Of a DNA stretch of 64,000 bases, positions 46,966-58,292 are shown piece after piece. Origin of the DNA: Octopus sinensis. Taxonomy: Eukaryota. A program made the position numbers and the translations under genes. The notes below the pieces were generated by a model that did no database searches, was not told the origin of the DNA, and saw nothing but the letters and a program-made list of their open reading frames with translations. Where the stretch lies: the NCBI RefSeq assembly GCF_006345805.1, contig NC_042998.1:22630001-22694000 (forward strand), written 5' to 3'. Each line of letters opens with the position of its first letter. Position 1 is the first letter of the stretch.

Positions 46966-47361
46966 CTAGCAGTATTGCCCGGCGTTGCTCAGATTTGTTT
47001 CCACCCTTTAGAATTGGAATTTTTGAAAAGTAAAAATTTTGCATTATGTAGCTTGTTATTCTCTTTAAGTGAACATTTTTCTAGTTGAAATACACCAAAA
47101 AATGGTGACACAGCAGTCAAAAAATCGTAAAATATAGGGATTTTCATAGAAAAAAAGCAACTTTTTGATGTAAATAATTTTTGGTGTTAACATGGTCCAA
47201 TTTGAATTTTTTCTTCTACGGAATGAAGAGCAAGCCTTCTTCTATCATACTCTCAATTTTGGTCAACTTGCACCGCAGGGTCTCGTAGAAGATAGTGTCA
47301 GTTGAAGGCTACCACACCTGCCATACACAGACAACTTCAACTTTATATATATACATATATA
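46966..47361 (-). mobile_element. Helitron family D, duplicate copy
   Basis: Near-identical to 45818-46212. Confidence 0.8.
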
Positions 47362-48008
47362 CAATTAAATTTTTCAAAGTCATCAGTGACTTTCTGCATG
47401 ACTGTCTTGTATTTTTAATGAGTTGTTGCAAAATAGTGATGACTCTGTTATGTTTTTTTTTCTTCCGTTTCTGTTAAAATGTGTGCTTTTACTGTCCACT
47501 TGAACCCTGCTTAGTCAATTATCATCTCTTTCTATCTGCCTTTAGGACAACCCCCCAGCTTGCTGTCATCTTGTGAGTACTGCTCTCTCTTCTCTAGGTC
47601 TTGTCCATATATTTCATTTGTTCTCAAATATTAATTATAATAATAATAATGATGATGATAGTTAAGTGTCTATACATACATGTATACATAGTATATACAT
47701 ATATATTATGATACATATATATATGTTATATATATTATGTTGTGTCTGGGGATAGCCATTTTCTTTTTGTGCCTTGTAATATAACACACTCACCGGTTTT
47801 GACTCAAAACTATTGGAAAGGTTGCAAGACGCAACAGAAATTTTGGAAAATAAAAAATAAGAAAAAAGTGGAAATTTTACCGGTGAGTGTGTTATATTAT
47901 AAGGCACAAAAAGAAAATGACTCTTCCCAGGCACAACAGAGTATGCTTCAACACATGAACTCATATAAAGAATCTTACTAACCAAATCCAAAGACGAAAT
48001 GTTATATA

Positions 48009-48055
<47 letters not shown>

Positions 48056-48584
48056 CATGTATATATATATATTTATATATATATATATATTTATAAATAT
48101 ATATTTATATATATATAAATAATTATATATATATATATATATTTATAAATATATTTTTATATATAATTATATATATATATATATATGAATGTATGTGTAT
48201 ATGTATATCTTACATGTATGTGTATATACATTACTCTTTCCTAATATGCAACTTCTTTACAGCACCTGTTTTATACAACCAAATAGATGCTGTAACCTTT
48301 ATTTCTGATGAAATGATGTCTTATATTTCAATATTTTAATTTCCCTTTTATATCATAAACATTACCGTAAAGAAACCAGTTTAAAACGAAGCACAGGCAT
48401 TACATGCAATTACATAGCTTAGGGGTTCAGTCAAACTTCATGGAAGCTGTAAGCTGGCATCCTGTACTGACACTGGAAAATTGGTTGCCATCAGCTGAAG
48501 GAACTTGTTGTATATACATGTATATACAAATATATATATATATATAGATATATCAAAATAAGCAATAAGAATTACTCTGGTAAT

Positions 48585-48670
48585 TTGGTACAATCGTTTC
48601 ATACTACATCATTTTATTAAATGTTGTAAGTATTACAACAGTTTTAAAATGCTGAGCACTCATCAGCCAA
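48585..48670 (-). ncRNA. Type I hammerhead ribozyme motif (left arm)
   Basis: TTGG-CTGATGA-GTGCT[long hairpin]AGTAT-GAAAC-GATT-GTA-CCAA. Confidence 0.7.
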
Positions 48671-48786
48671 TTATAGAGGTTTTCCATTAATACAAAAATT
48701 TTTATATCAAGTGGCAACATTATAGAGAAGGTAGAGAAATTGCCACTTGATATGAAAATTTTTGTATTAATGGAAAACCTCTATAA

Positions 48787-48872
48787 TTGGCTGATGAATG
48801 CTCAGCATTTTAAAACTGTTGTAATACTTACAACATTTAATAAAATGATGTAGTACGAAACAATCGTACCAA
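48787..48872 (+). ncRNA. Type I hammerhead ribozyme motif (right arm)
   Basis: TTGG-CTGATGA-ATGCT[long hairpin]AGTAC-GAAAC-AATC-GTA-CCAA. Confidence 0.7.
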
Positions 48873-49201
48873 ATTACCGGAGTCATTCTTGTTGCTTATT
48901 TTGATTAGAATTACCCCACGGATTTTTATGGATAACACCATACAGAATTCTGGTGCATCTAAATTAAGTACCATATTCATTTGAATCTAAATTTTTGCTG
49001 ATATATATCATAATAATAATATTAGGGAGTATAACTCCAAACTTACAGGGAAAAATTCAATTTAGTATTAAATCAAATTTCACAATATAAATTTATAATA
49101 TATATAAATTACAGAAAAACCACTATTAGTATATTTTTTAATGATTTGGTTTATGTATATCATTGTTTGAATTACATAATAGTGGTTTTTTTAAATATAT
49201 A

Positions 49202-49358
49202 TATCTATAAAATAATATGTTACACTTACTCAATAGTCAAGATAAAACTCTGAGTTTCAGATGCCGAAGTGGAGATCCACAACACCATCTCTTCGGCATC
49301 TGAAACTCAGAGTTTTATCTTGACTATTGAGTAAGTGTAACATATTATTTTATAGATA
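49202..49358. mobile_element. Perfect 68-bp-arm hairpin element (duplicate at 50094-50250)
   Basis: 49202-49269 is the exact reverse complement of 49291-49358; 21-nt loop. Confidence 0.95.
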
Positions 49359-49477
49359 AATTTCCTCTATTTACATAATATTGAGGTCTCTTCTTTCTTT
49401 TGTTATCTTACCGTTTTTACCAATATATATATATATATAGATATATCAAAATAAGCAATAAGAATTACTCTGGTAAT

Positions 49478-49563
49478 TTGGTACAATCGTTTCATACTAC
49501 ATCATTTTATTAAATGTTGTAAGTATTACAACAGTTTTAAAATGCTGAGCACTCATCAGCCAA
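49478..49563 (-). ncRNA. Hammerhead motif, duplicate of 48585-48670
   Basis: Same sequence in the second 893-bp unit. Confidence 0.7.
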
Positions 49564-49679
49564 TTATAGAGGTTTTCCATTAATACAAAAATTTTTATAT
49601 CAAGTGGCAACATTATAGAGAAGGTAGAGAAATTGCCACTTGATATGAAAATTTTTGTATTAATGGAAAACCTCTATAA

Positions 49680-49764
49680 TTGGCTGATGAATGCTCAGCA
49701 TTTAAAACTGTTGTAATACTTACAACATTTAATAAAATGATGTAGTACGAAACAATCGTACCAA
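49680..49764 (+). ncRNA. Hammerhead motif, duplicate of 48787-48872
   Basis: Same sequence with a 1-nt deletion in the T run of helix II. Confidence 0.7.
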
Positions 49765-50312
49765 ATTACCGGAGTCATTCTTGTTGCTTATTTTGATTAG
49801 AATTACCCCACGGATTTTTATGGATAACACCATACAGAATTCTGGTGCATCTAAATTAAGTACCATATTCATTTGAATCTAAATTTTTGCTGATATATAT
49901 CATAATAATAATATTAGGGAGTATAACTCCAAACTTACAGGGAAAAATTCAATTTAGTATTAAATCAAATTTCACAATATAAATTTATAATATATATAAA
50001 TTACAGAAAAACCACTATTAGTATATTTTTTAATGATTTGGTTTATGTATATCATTGTTTGAATTACATAATAGTGGTTTTTTTAAATATATATATCTAT
50101 AAAATAATATGTTACACTTACTCAATAGTCAAGATAAAACTCTGAGTTTCAGATGCCGAAGTGGAGATCCACAACACCATCTCTTCGGCATCTGAAACTC
50201 AGAGTTTTATCTTGACTATTGAGTAAGTGTAACATATTATTTTATAGATAAATTTCCTCTATTTACATAATATTGAGGTCTCTTTCTTTCTTTTGTTATC
50301 TTACCGTTTTTA

Positions 50313-50366
<54 letters not shown>

Positions 50367-50639
50367 AATATATATATATATAAAACAGAGGGGTTAATAA
50401 GGGATAGTGATTCAGAAAAAATACTTCTTAAGCTCTCTGCAAATAAGTACACACTAGGCTAACAAAAATATTTTGTGGTTAGTATTGTACTTCAAGTAAT
50501 GCTAGGTCAGAGGCTGAAGTCAAAGTCCATCACCACTCAATTTGCAAATCCATGGTTGCACTACCCAGTTAAGAGGGCACGTTTTTACAAGACAGAAATA
50601 ATGAGTTATATACATTTGTTTATACAAATATATATATAT

Positions 50640-50930
50640 AAAGCACCCATTACACTCTCAGAGTGGTTGGTGTTATGAAGGGCATGCAGCTGTAGAAACC
50701 ATGCCAAATCTGACCAGAGTAGTGCAACCTCCCAGTTTACCAGCCCTGGTCAAAATGTCCAACCTATACCAGCATGGACAATGGATGTTAAATGGTGATG
50801 ATGATATATATATATATAAATTGCCAACCACTTAAAGGCACCCAAGTGGTTGGTGTTAGGAAAGGCATCCACTTGTAGAAGGCATGCCTCAACAGACATG
50901 CTAGAAAGGAAAGCAGATGTTAAATGTTGA

Positions 50931-50935
<5 letters not shown>
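50640..50935 (+). mobile_element. Two family C 3' fragments, each ending GATGAT into (AT)n
   Basis: Conserved blocks at about 50655-50805 and 50845-50935. Confidence 0.75.
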
Positions 50936-50976
<41 letters not shown>

Positions 50977-50995
50977 TATATATACATATATATAT

Positions 50996-51219
50996 ACTCT
51001 TTACTCTTTTACTCTTTTACTTGTTTCAGTCATTTGACTGCGGCCATGCTGGAGCACTGCCTTTAGTTGAGCAAATCGACCCCACGGCTTAATCTTTGTA
51101 AGCCCAGTACTTATTCTATCGGTCTCTTTTGCCGAACCTTTAAGTGACGGGGACATAAACACACCAGCATCGGTTGTCAAGCAATGCTAGGGGGACAAAC
51201 ACAGACACACACACACACA

Positions 51220-51274
<55 letters not shown>

Positions 51275-51434
51275 CATATATACGACGGGCTTCTTTCAGT
51301 TTCCGTCTACCAAATCCACTCACAAGGCATTGGTCGGCCCGGGGCTATAGCAGAAGACACTTGCCCAAGATGCCACGCAGTGGGACTGAACCCGGAACCA
51401 TGTGGTTGGTTAGCAAGCTACTTACCACACAGCC
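50996..51434 (-). mobile_element. SINE family A
   Basis: Tail to head. Confidence 0.9.
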
Positions 51435-51551
51435 ATATGTATATGTATACACACACACACACACACACACACACCACACACATATATAGATATGTGTGTG
51501 TTTGTGTTACTGAGTGAGTAAATGTGTAACTGAGTCTGTATTTTCCTTCAG

Positions 51552-51691
51552 CTTCATGTGGGTTCACTGATTGTAAAGACAAAACATCACTGTTCACAGA
51601 GATGGTGTTCTTTGCATGCTGTCCACTGCAAAAGCATGTCTGGGCTTTTCGACTCGTCTTGTGCAATCTTTGTAAACAAAAGGCACATTGA
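51552..51691 (+). CDS. Candidate exon (phase 1 reading ASCGFTDCK...CNLCKQKAH*; phase 0 also open to 51779)
   Basis: TATTTTCCTTCAG acceptor and unique, less AT-rich sequence; unproven. Confidence 0.2.
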
Positions 51692-51774
51692 AACAGTGCT
51701 GGTTGTTTCCAGTTCTCCATGTAACCATTTTGGAGCTGTTCGTTGTTTGGTACATGGGGTTGAGAGATACACTC

Positions 51775-51940
51775 ATTGAGTGGTTGGTGTTAGGAAGGAT
51801 ATCCAGCTGTAGAAACACTGCCAGATCAGACTGGAGCCTGGTGCAGCCTTCTGGCTTCCCAAACCCCGGTCGAACCGTTCAACCCATGCTAGCATGGAAA
51901 GCAGACGTTAAACGATGATGATGATGAGGATGATGATGAT
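51775..51940 (+). mobile_element. Family C 3' end
   Basis: Conserved block and (GAT)n tail. Confidence 0.88.
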
Positions 51941-52045
51941 GTTGGAAACAGGTATTGGTTGGTGACTGGAAGAGCATTCAGCCATAGAAAACTTTGCTCC
52001 TGTATAGTCTTGTCTAACCCATGGAAGCAGAAAAAAGAAAAAAAA

Positions 52046-52277
52046 TTATCCCTTTGGCATTCAAATTACTCTTTCGAATGTAAAGCTTATTTATTTGCAT
52101 TATTTTGAATTAATCATGCATTATCTTGTAGCTTTAAGATTTCAATGATGTGATTGTATATTTTTTAGATTGACATTGTAGGGTAGGTGTGAGAAGCCGG
52201 ATTTGGCCAGTTTGAACACAAAATATATGTGTGGAATATTTGGGCTGCATATGACTGGTTTAAATCCAAAGGGTTAA
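52046..52277. mobile_element. piggyBac-type MITE (same family as 2327-2554)
   Basis: TTAT-CCCTTTGGCATTCAAA ... TTTAAATCCAAAGGG-TTAA. Confidence 0.8.
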
Positions 52278-52281
52278 AACA

Positions 52282-52327
52282 GTGATGATGGTGGTGGTGG
52301 TGGTGGTGATGGTGATGGTGGTGATGA

Positions 52328-52366
<39 letters not shown>

Positions 52367-52390
52367 TGGTGCTGCTGCTGCTGCCACTGC
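52282..52390. repeat. (GAT)/(GGT)/(GCT) compound trinucleotide microsatellite
   Basis: Direct reading. Confidence 0.95.
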
Positions 52391-53061
52391 TGACTTACTT
52401 TCTGTAATTTGACCGTATTTTCTTGAACTTCTTTCAAGTTGTTTATTTATTGTAGTTTCTATTTTGGGTCTTCAAGTCTTGATTAAATTATCTCCTGATT
52501 GAGAATTATAAGACGGCTCACTTGCACAAAAACTGAGGGCATTTATCACATTCTCTTCATGCTTCAGTAGAATTCAACACAATTCTTCTGTTTTAACTTA
52601 TAAGTAAAAAAAAAAAAAAATGCAATGGATCTTATTCTGTTATTTTGTTGGTTGAGAAAACATTCTGAATTATTTGAGTTAGTGAATGCTTGTTAAAAGG
52701 AGTTCCTCCATTCATCTGAAGTTTGTATATCAGTTAGCCAAGTTGGCATCAAAACATTTGGCATTCATCAAGAATGTGGCATCCTCATACATAAACGTTG
52801 TGTAAAGTATCCTGCGACATGAGAACCATTAAAACAATTGTACAGAAATAGATTTCTATTTGTTTGTTGATTTATTTAGTAACTAAGCTGTAGTAGATTT
52901 ATTGTTAGTTTGCTTTTCTCCTGCCATATCTTAGTCTGTGGCCTATGAATGAACATAGGGAAATTTGGCAAGCTGTGGTTTGGTCAATTATTGTACTATA
53001 TCAGAAGTTAGTAAACCCTGGTTTAGTCTTTAGTTTGATAATGAAAGGTTTCTTTTACCAA

Positions 53062-53490
53062 ACATCATCATCATCATCATCATCATTGTTTAACGTCCGC
53101 TTTCCCTGCTAGCATGGGTTGGACGATTTTGACTGAGGGCTGGTGAACCAGATGGCTGCACCAGGCTCCAATATTGATCTGGCAGAGTTTCTACAGCTGG
53201 ATGCCGTTCCTAACGCCAACCACTCCGAGAGTGTAGTGGGTGCTTTTTATGTGCCACCAGCACGGGGGTCAGTCAGGCGGTACTGGCAACGACCTCGCTC
53301 GAATCTTTTTACACATGCCACCAGCACAGGTGCCAGTAAGGCGACGTTGGTAACGATCACGCTCGAACGGTGCCCTTTTACGTGCCACTGGCACGGAAGC
53401 CAGTTGGCTGCTCTGGCAACGATCACGCTCGAATGGTGCTCTTTGCACCCTACGAGCACGGGCACAAGTGCCAGTAAGGCGACAGTGCCA
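53062..53490 (-). mobile_element. Family C with VNTR
   Basis: (CAT)n tail, conserved block, VNTR units. Confidence 0.88.
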
Positions 53491-53964
53491 GTAAGGCATA
53501 CATGTAACATTATGGTTATGTCCACTGTTTCTTTAATATCTGAGTTACCTTCCTTTCAATTTTTGAGACACATCATCTGTTACTAATTCACGACTTCTAG
53601 AAAAACTGTATTAATTCTCTTGTGTATCTTCTGAAGCAAGTTTGTTAGAACAAGTGAAAGCAAATAAGTTTTTTTAAATGTATATATTTTTAGAAATGAT
53701 TGTCTTCTCTCTCTTTATATATATGTGTGTGTGTGTGTGGTGTGTGTGTGTGTGTATGTGTGTAATATTGTAACTTCAACAAGCAGAAGCAGACATATTT
53801 TGTAAATTATCATTTCAAATATAAAATTTATTTATATTTTTTTTTCTTTCTCAAAGATTACAATGAAAATAATAATTTCACATAATGTACTACTTCTTAC
53901 AGTAAGTAAGTAAATTAAAGATGTTTAATGCCAGTATATACTTATCTTATTTTTTACTATTCAG

Positions 53965-54012
53965 AATTGCATTCGATTGTATCTAACAATTGGATCCTAT
54001 TATGATACAAAG
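53965..54012 (+). CDS. Candidate 48-nt symmetric exon (phase 0: NCIRLYLTIGSYYDTK)
   Basis: TTTTTTACTATTCAG acceptor, AAG|GTATTC donor, length divisible by 3, one open frame; unproven. Confidence 0.25.
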
Positions 54013-54235
54013 GTATTCTACATCCATTATTCATAAACCAGTCATTGTAAGCTTGAAAAATTTTTAGAATTATTTCTTTTTCTAATGCTGTTACACCACT
54101 GATTTGTCAGCACTTTTAGTTCCGGGCACATACCATATTACCGCTTTTGCCGGATTAGCAGAAAGTACAAAATAAAAATTCAGAGTAAATTCCTAGAAGA
54201 CTACTTCCATGGTATTAATAACATTTTTTGCTACT

Positions 54236-54325
54236 AAGGTGGCAAACTAGCAGAAATGTTAGCACGCCGGGTGAAATGCTTGCCGGTATTTTGTCTGTCT
54301 TTACGTTCTGAGTTCAAATTCCACC
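54236..54325 (+). mobile_element. SINE family B 5' fragment
   Basis: Head to GAGTTCAAATTCC. Confidence 0.8.
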
Positions 54326-54515
54326 ATAAGTTAGCTATTAACTCACCACACTTGCTGGTGTATGTGTTTTTTTTTTTTTTCTGCTCTTAAATATATCAGA
54401 AATTTGCCCTGTGTCTCTTACGGCAATATTATGAAAAGGAAGCTGTCGTAGGCTAGGAAAATGAATGAGCATAAATCCACTAGGCACAATAATTGTTACT
54501 TAAAATAAAGATATT

Positions 54516-54908
54516 AAGGCAGCAAGCTGGTAGGAATGTTAGCAGGCCAGGTGAAAAGCTTAACGGTATTTCGTCTGTCATTATGTTCTGAGTTCAAATT
54601 CTGCCGAGGTCGGCTTTGCCTTTCATCCTTTTGGGGTCGATTAAATAAGTACCAGTTACGCAATGGGGTCAATATAATCGACTTCATCCGTTTGTCTGTC
54701 CTTGTTTGTCCCGTCTGTGTTTAGCCCCTTGTGAGCAGTAAAGAAATAGGTATTTTGTCTGTCATTATGTTCTGAGTTCAAATTCCACCAAGGTTGACTT
54801 TGCCTTTCATCCTTTTGGGGGTTGTTAAATTAAGTACCAGTTGTGTACCATCTAATCAACTGGTCCCATCCCCCCAAATTTCAGGCCTTGTGCCGAGAGT
54901 AGAAAAGA
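54516..54908 (+). mobile_element. SINE family B chimera: standard module followed by a variant 3' module
   Basis: Junction GAAATAGGTATTTTGTCTG at about 54743. Confidence 0.85.
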
Positions 54909-55636
54909 ACAACAAAGATATTGAAAACATGCTGAATTATCATAGACATCATCATCATTTAACACCCGTTTTCTATGCTGGTATGGGTTAGACAATTTGA
55001 CTGAAGCTGGAGAGCTATATTTTACCTTCGTTTTTATTGGTGGATGCCTTTCCTAATCCCAATCATTTTACAGTGTGTACTCTGTGCTTTTTATGTGGCA
55101 CTAGTACCAGCAGGGTTGCCAAATAATTTACCAAAGACCTTATGCTACCGTTCTCATTCATATGCATCATATGACCATACTAGTGCCGTCTTCTTTCTTG
55201 CACACTACATCTGATGCCCCTTATGCCCAATTTTTCTCATATGTTGATAGTTATGTGGGGAGGTCACATCATATCACTCTACCTCCTTCCTCAGTATCCC
55301 CCCCACTCATACACCTAATGTATGTCTTACATTATTTAATGACTCTGGTGTCTTTAAGAAACCTTTTTTGATTATCTAAAAGAAACATTCCCCTAAAAAG
55401 CTGGATGGAATGTTAAACTTTCATTGACTTGTCAGCTATTTGTAATGAGTGGATGACAACAAAATCATAGCTGTGGAGCAGCACTCTGGTAATCAGTTGC
55501 AGTAAACTAAAACAACATAGCCAGAAATGCAAGTTTTACATCCTGTAGTATAGTAATTCTTTTGACTAAAAGATCAACAAGTATAGAAATGATCTGAAAG
55601 AAGACAAAGCTGAAACATAATACTCTCATAATGCAG

Positions 55637-55942
55637 TATCATCATCATCATCATCATCATCGTTTAACGTCCGCTTTCCATGCTAGCATGGGTTGGACGG
55701 TTCAACTGGGGTCTGGGGAGCCCGAAGGCTGCACCAGGCCAGTCAGATCTGGCAGTGTTTCTACAGCTGGATGCCCTTCCTAACGCCAACCGCTCCGAGA
55801 GTGTAGTGGGTGATTTTATGTGCCACCGACACAGGTGCCAGACGAGGCTGGCGAACGGCCACGCTCGGATGGTGTTTTTTTATGTGCCACCGACACAGGT
55901 GCCAGACGAGGCTGGCAGACGGCCATGCTCAGATGGTGTTTT
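55637..55942 (-). mobile_element. Family C with VNTR
   Basis: (CAT)n tail, conserved block. Confidence 0.88.
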
Positions 55943-56925
55943 TCAGTATATCTATGACAAATTCATGGTTTCAGATTTTATTCAAGTAGACTGTCTCAGT
56001 ATTGTATTTACATGCACAGACTCATAATAGGTATTAAGAGTCATACATTTTCCTATACAAAACCACTTGGAAATATCCATGATGAAGCAAGCATATGGTG
56101 TTAGATTTGATTTTAAAATTTGTATCTTTACATTGTTACAGTTAGCTGTAGTGGAGGTGTTTCACAACCTTCATGATATGTTCCTAATAAATAAACAGGT
56201 GTGCATTATGAAGGCTTGGCACTGAAAATGCTAATAATGGGTTGTGGCAAATTTAAGTGTCCTCACATAATTATGGGAAATAAATGAATGATGTATTTTG
56301 TATAGTAGCATGTAAATATACAAATAAGGTGTAAAATATATTTGATGAAATTTTATCTGTTGGATGCTGAGATGAAATACATGCAAGAATTACATATTGA
56401 ATAATTGATATGCAGTTAATATGCAATAATTAATAATATATACATAAAATATGCTAGATTCCATTTAATCCATCTTGTAGCTTTTGTATCTGACAAAATT
56501 CCTTACACATTTTATTTTTATATCGGTTTTATTTTAATGAAAAATGTAGGTCGTATCATTTTGTTGTTATTTCTAAAAAGAACAAAATCATTAATAATAA
56601 AGCTAAATCCCAACATGAAAAGCAACGAAGTGTTACTTTAAAATTTTATTTATTACTTTTTAGCTGCTGAAGAAAGGGAGAAAAAAAAAAATCATATTTT
56701 CTTTTATGTTAGACACTGAGTCTAGCGCTAAGTAAGACATTAGGATGTTTTAAACATATAAAAATGAATAAGCAGTTTTGTTTTGATTAAAAATGAAGCC
56801 AAGGGAAAATGTACAACTGCATTACATTAGTATGTAAATGCTTCTATGCACATCCTTATATCTGTATGTATGTACATATATATGCATGTATGTGTGTGTA
56901 TGTTCATATATATATATATATATAT

Positions 56926-57295
56926 ATCATCGTCATCGTTTAATGTCCGTTTTCCATGCTGGCATGGGTTGGATGGTTCGACTGGGGTGTGGGAACCCAG
57001 GAGGCTGCGTCAAGCTCCAATCTGATCTGGCAGTGTTTCTACAGCTGGATGCCCTTCCTAACGCCAACCACTCCGTGAGTGTAGTGGGTGCTTTTTACAT
57101 GCCACTGGCACAGGGACCAGAGGGGCTGGCATCGACCACATTTGGATGGTGCTTTTACGTGCCACCAGCACGGGAGCCAGTCAAGGCGGCGCTGGCATTG
57201 GCCATGTTCAGATGGTGCTTTTTACGTGCCACTGGCACAGGAGCCAGTTGGAGCGTGGTGGCTGGCATCGACCACGTTCAGATAGTGCTTTTCAT
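56926..57295 (-). mobile_element. Family C with VNTR, tail abutting (TA)n
   Basis: TATATATC|ATCGTCATC junction. Confidence 0.88.
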
Positions 57296-57324
57296 GATAA
57301 GTTTGTATGTGCAATATGTCGTGT

Positions 57325-57590
57325 CTGGATGGTAAGAAGCTTGCTTCCCAGCCACATGGTTCCAGGTTCAGTCCTACTGTGTGGCACATTGGGCAAGTGT
57401 TTTCCACTATAGCCTTGGGCCAACCAAAGCCTTGTGAGTGGATTTGGTAGATGGAAATTGAAAGAAGTCCATTATATATATGTGTGTGTTTATTTGTATG
57501 TGTGTGTGTGTGTTTGTCCTTCCACACCATCGCTTGACTACTGATGTTGGTGTGTTTATATCCCCATAACGTAGCAGTTTGGCATAAGAA
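57325..57590 (+). mobile_element. SINE family A, truncated
   Basis: Head and centre blocks. Confidence 0.8.
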
Positions 57591-58216
57591 ACTAGATCTT
57601 CTTTTTAAGCAGAAGTGTACATCATTTAGAAAGTGGTATTGGCCCTATGCAAGGGCCTTTCCTCATTTCAAAAATCTTCAGTAACAGACATCATTTGATT
57701 TTAGCATTTTCTTTTAGAACCCTTTGATTCCATGGTGAATTTATCAATCCATCATTCCTTTTCGCTCTCATGAGTGGTTGATGTTAGGAAGAATATTCAG
57801 CCATAGAGTCTGTGTCAAAAGTAAGACACTGGAGCAAGATGTTGCTTATTCACCCATCACACCCTGTCAAAACTTTTGCTGAGTTCAAAATTAAAAGCAT
57901 TTATTTCACAAGTAAAGCTCATCTGAAATACTAAAATGCACGCATACACAGTTTGGCTCTATTGTTCTTATTCTCTGGAGCAACCTGTTGCAGTAGCCAG
58001 ACATTAACCATTCTCTATCAGCACTCAGTACGACACATTTTTCCAGTCTGTGTTTTGTTTTATGATAAAATCAATGCTTAAACATTTATTTGGCTGTTGT
58101 TCTTTGGAAGTGATTTATAAAACAAAAGCTTCTTGAATGGAGTCTTTGATAGCATATCTTAGAAAGTACATTAAATTAGAATTATCTGTAATGTCTGTGC
58201 TTTTATCACTTTGAAG

Positions 58217-58292
58217 GAAAAAAAAAACAAAGAAGAAAAAAAACAAAGAAGAAAAAAAACAAAGAAGAAAAAAAACAAAGAAGAAAAAAAAA
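58217..58292. repeat. 16-bp A-rich minisatellite (CAAAGAAGAAAAAAAA) x4
   Basis: C at 58228, 58244, 58260 and 58276. Confidence 0.9.

Larger units (their letters stand above)
45817..48060. repeat. Tandem duplication, unit about 1.15 kb (45817-46964 and 46965-about 48060)
   Basis: Copies differ mainly in microsatellite lengths; junction lies in (TA)n. Confidence 0.95.
48552..48905. mobile_element. Fold-back element with 166-bp arms (Penelope-like terminus?); duplicate at 49445-49797
   Basis: 48552-48717 versus 48740-48905, about 8 mismatches, 22-nt loop; starts at (TA)n. Confidence 0.92.
48551..50316. repeat. Tandem duplication, unit 893 bp
   Basis: TATCAAAATAAGC at 48551 and 49444; TTTTTACCAA ends at 49423 and 50316. 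Confidence 0.95.

Noticed and set aside
54110-54168. Pre-miRNA-like hairpin
   Set aside because: Several mismatches, 19-nt loop, and no match to miRNA seeds I recognise
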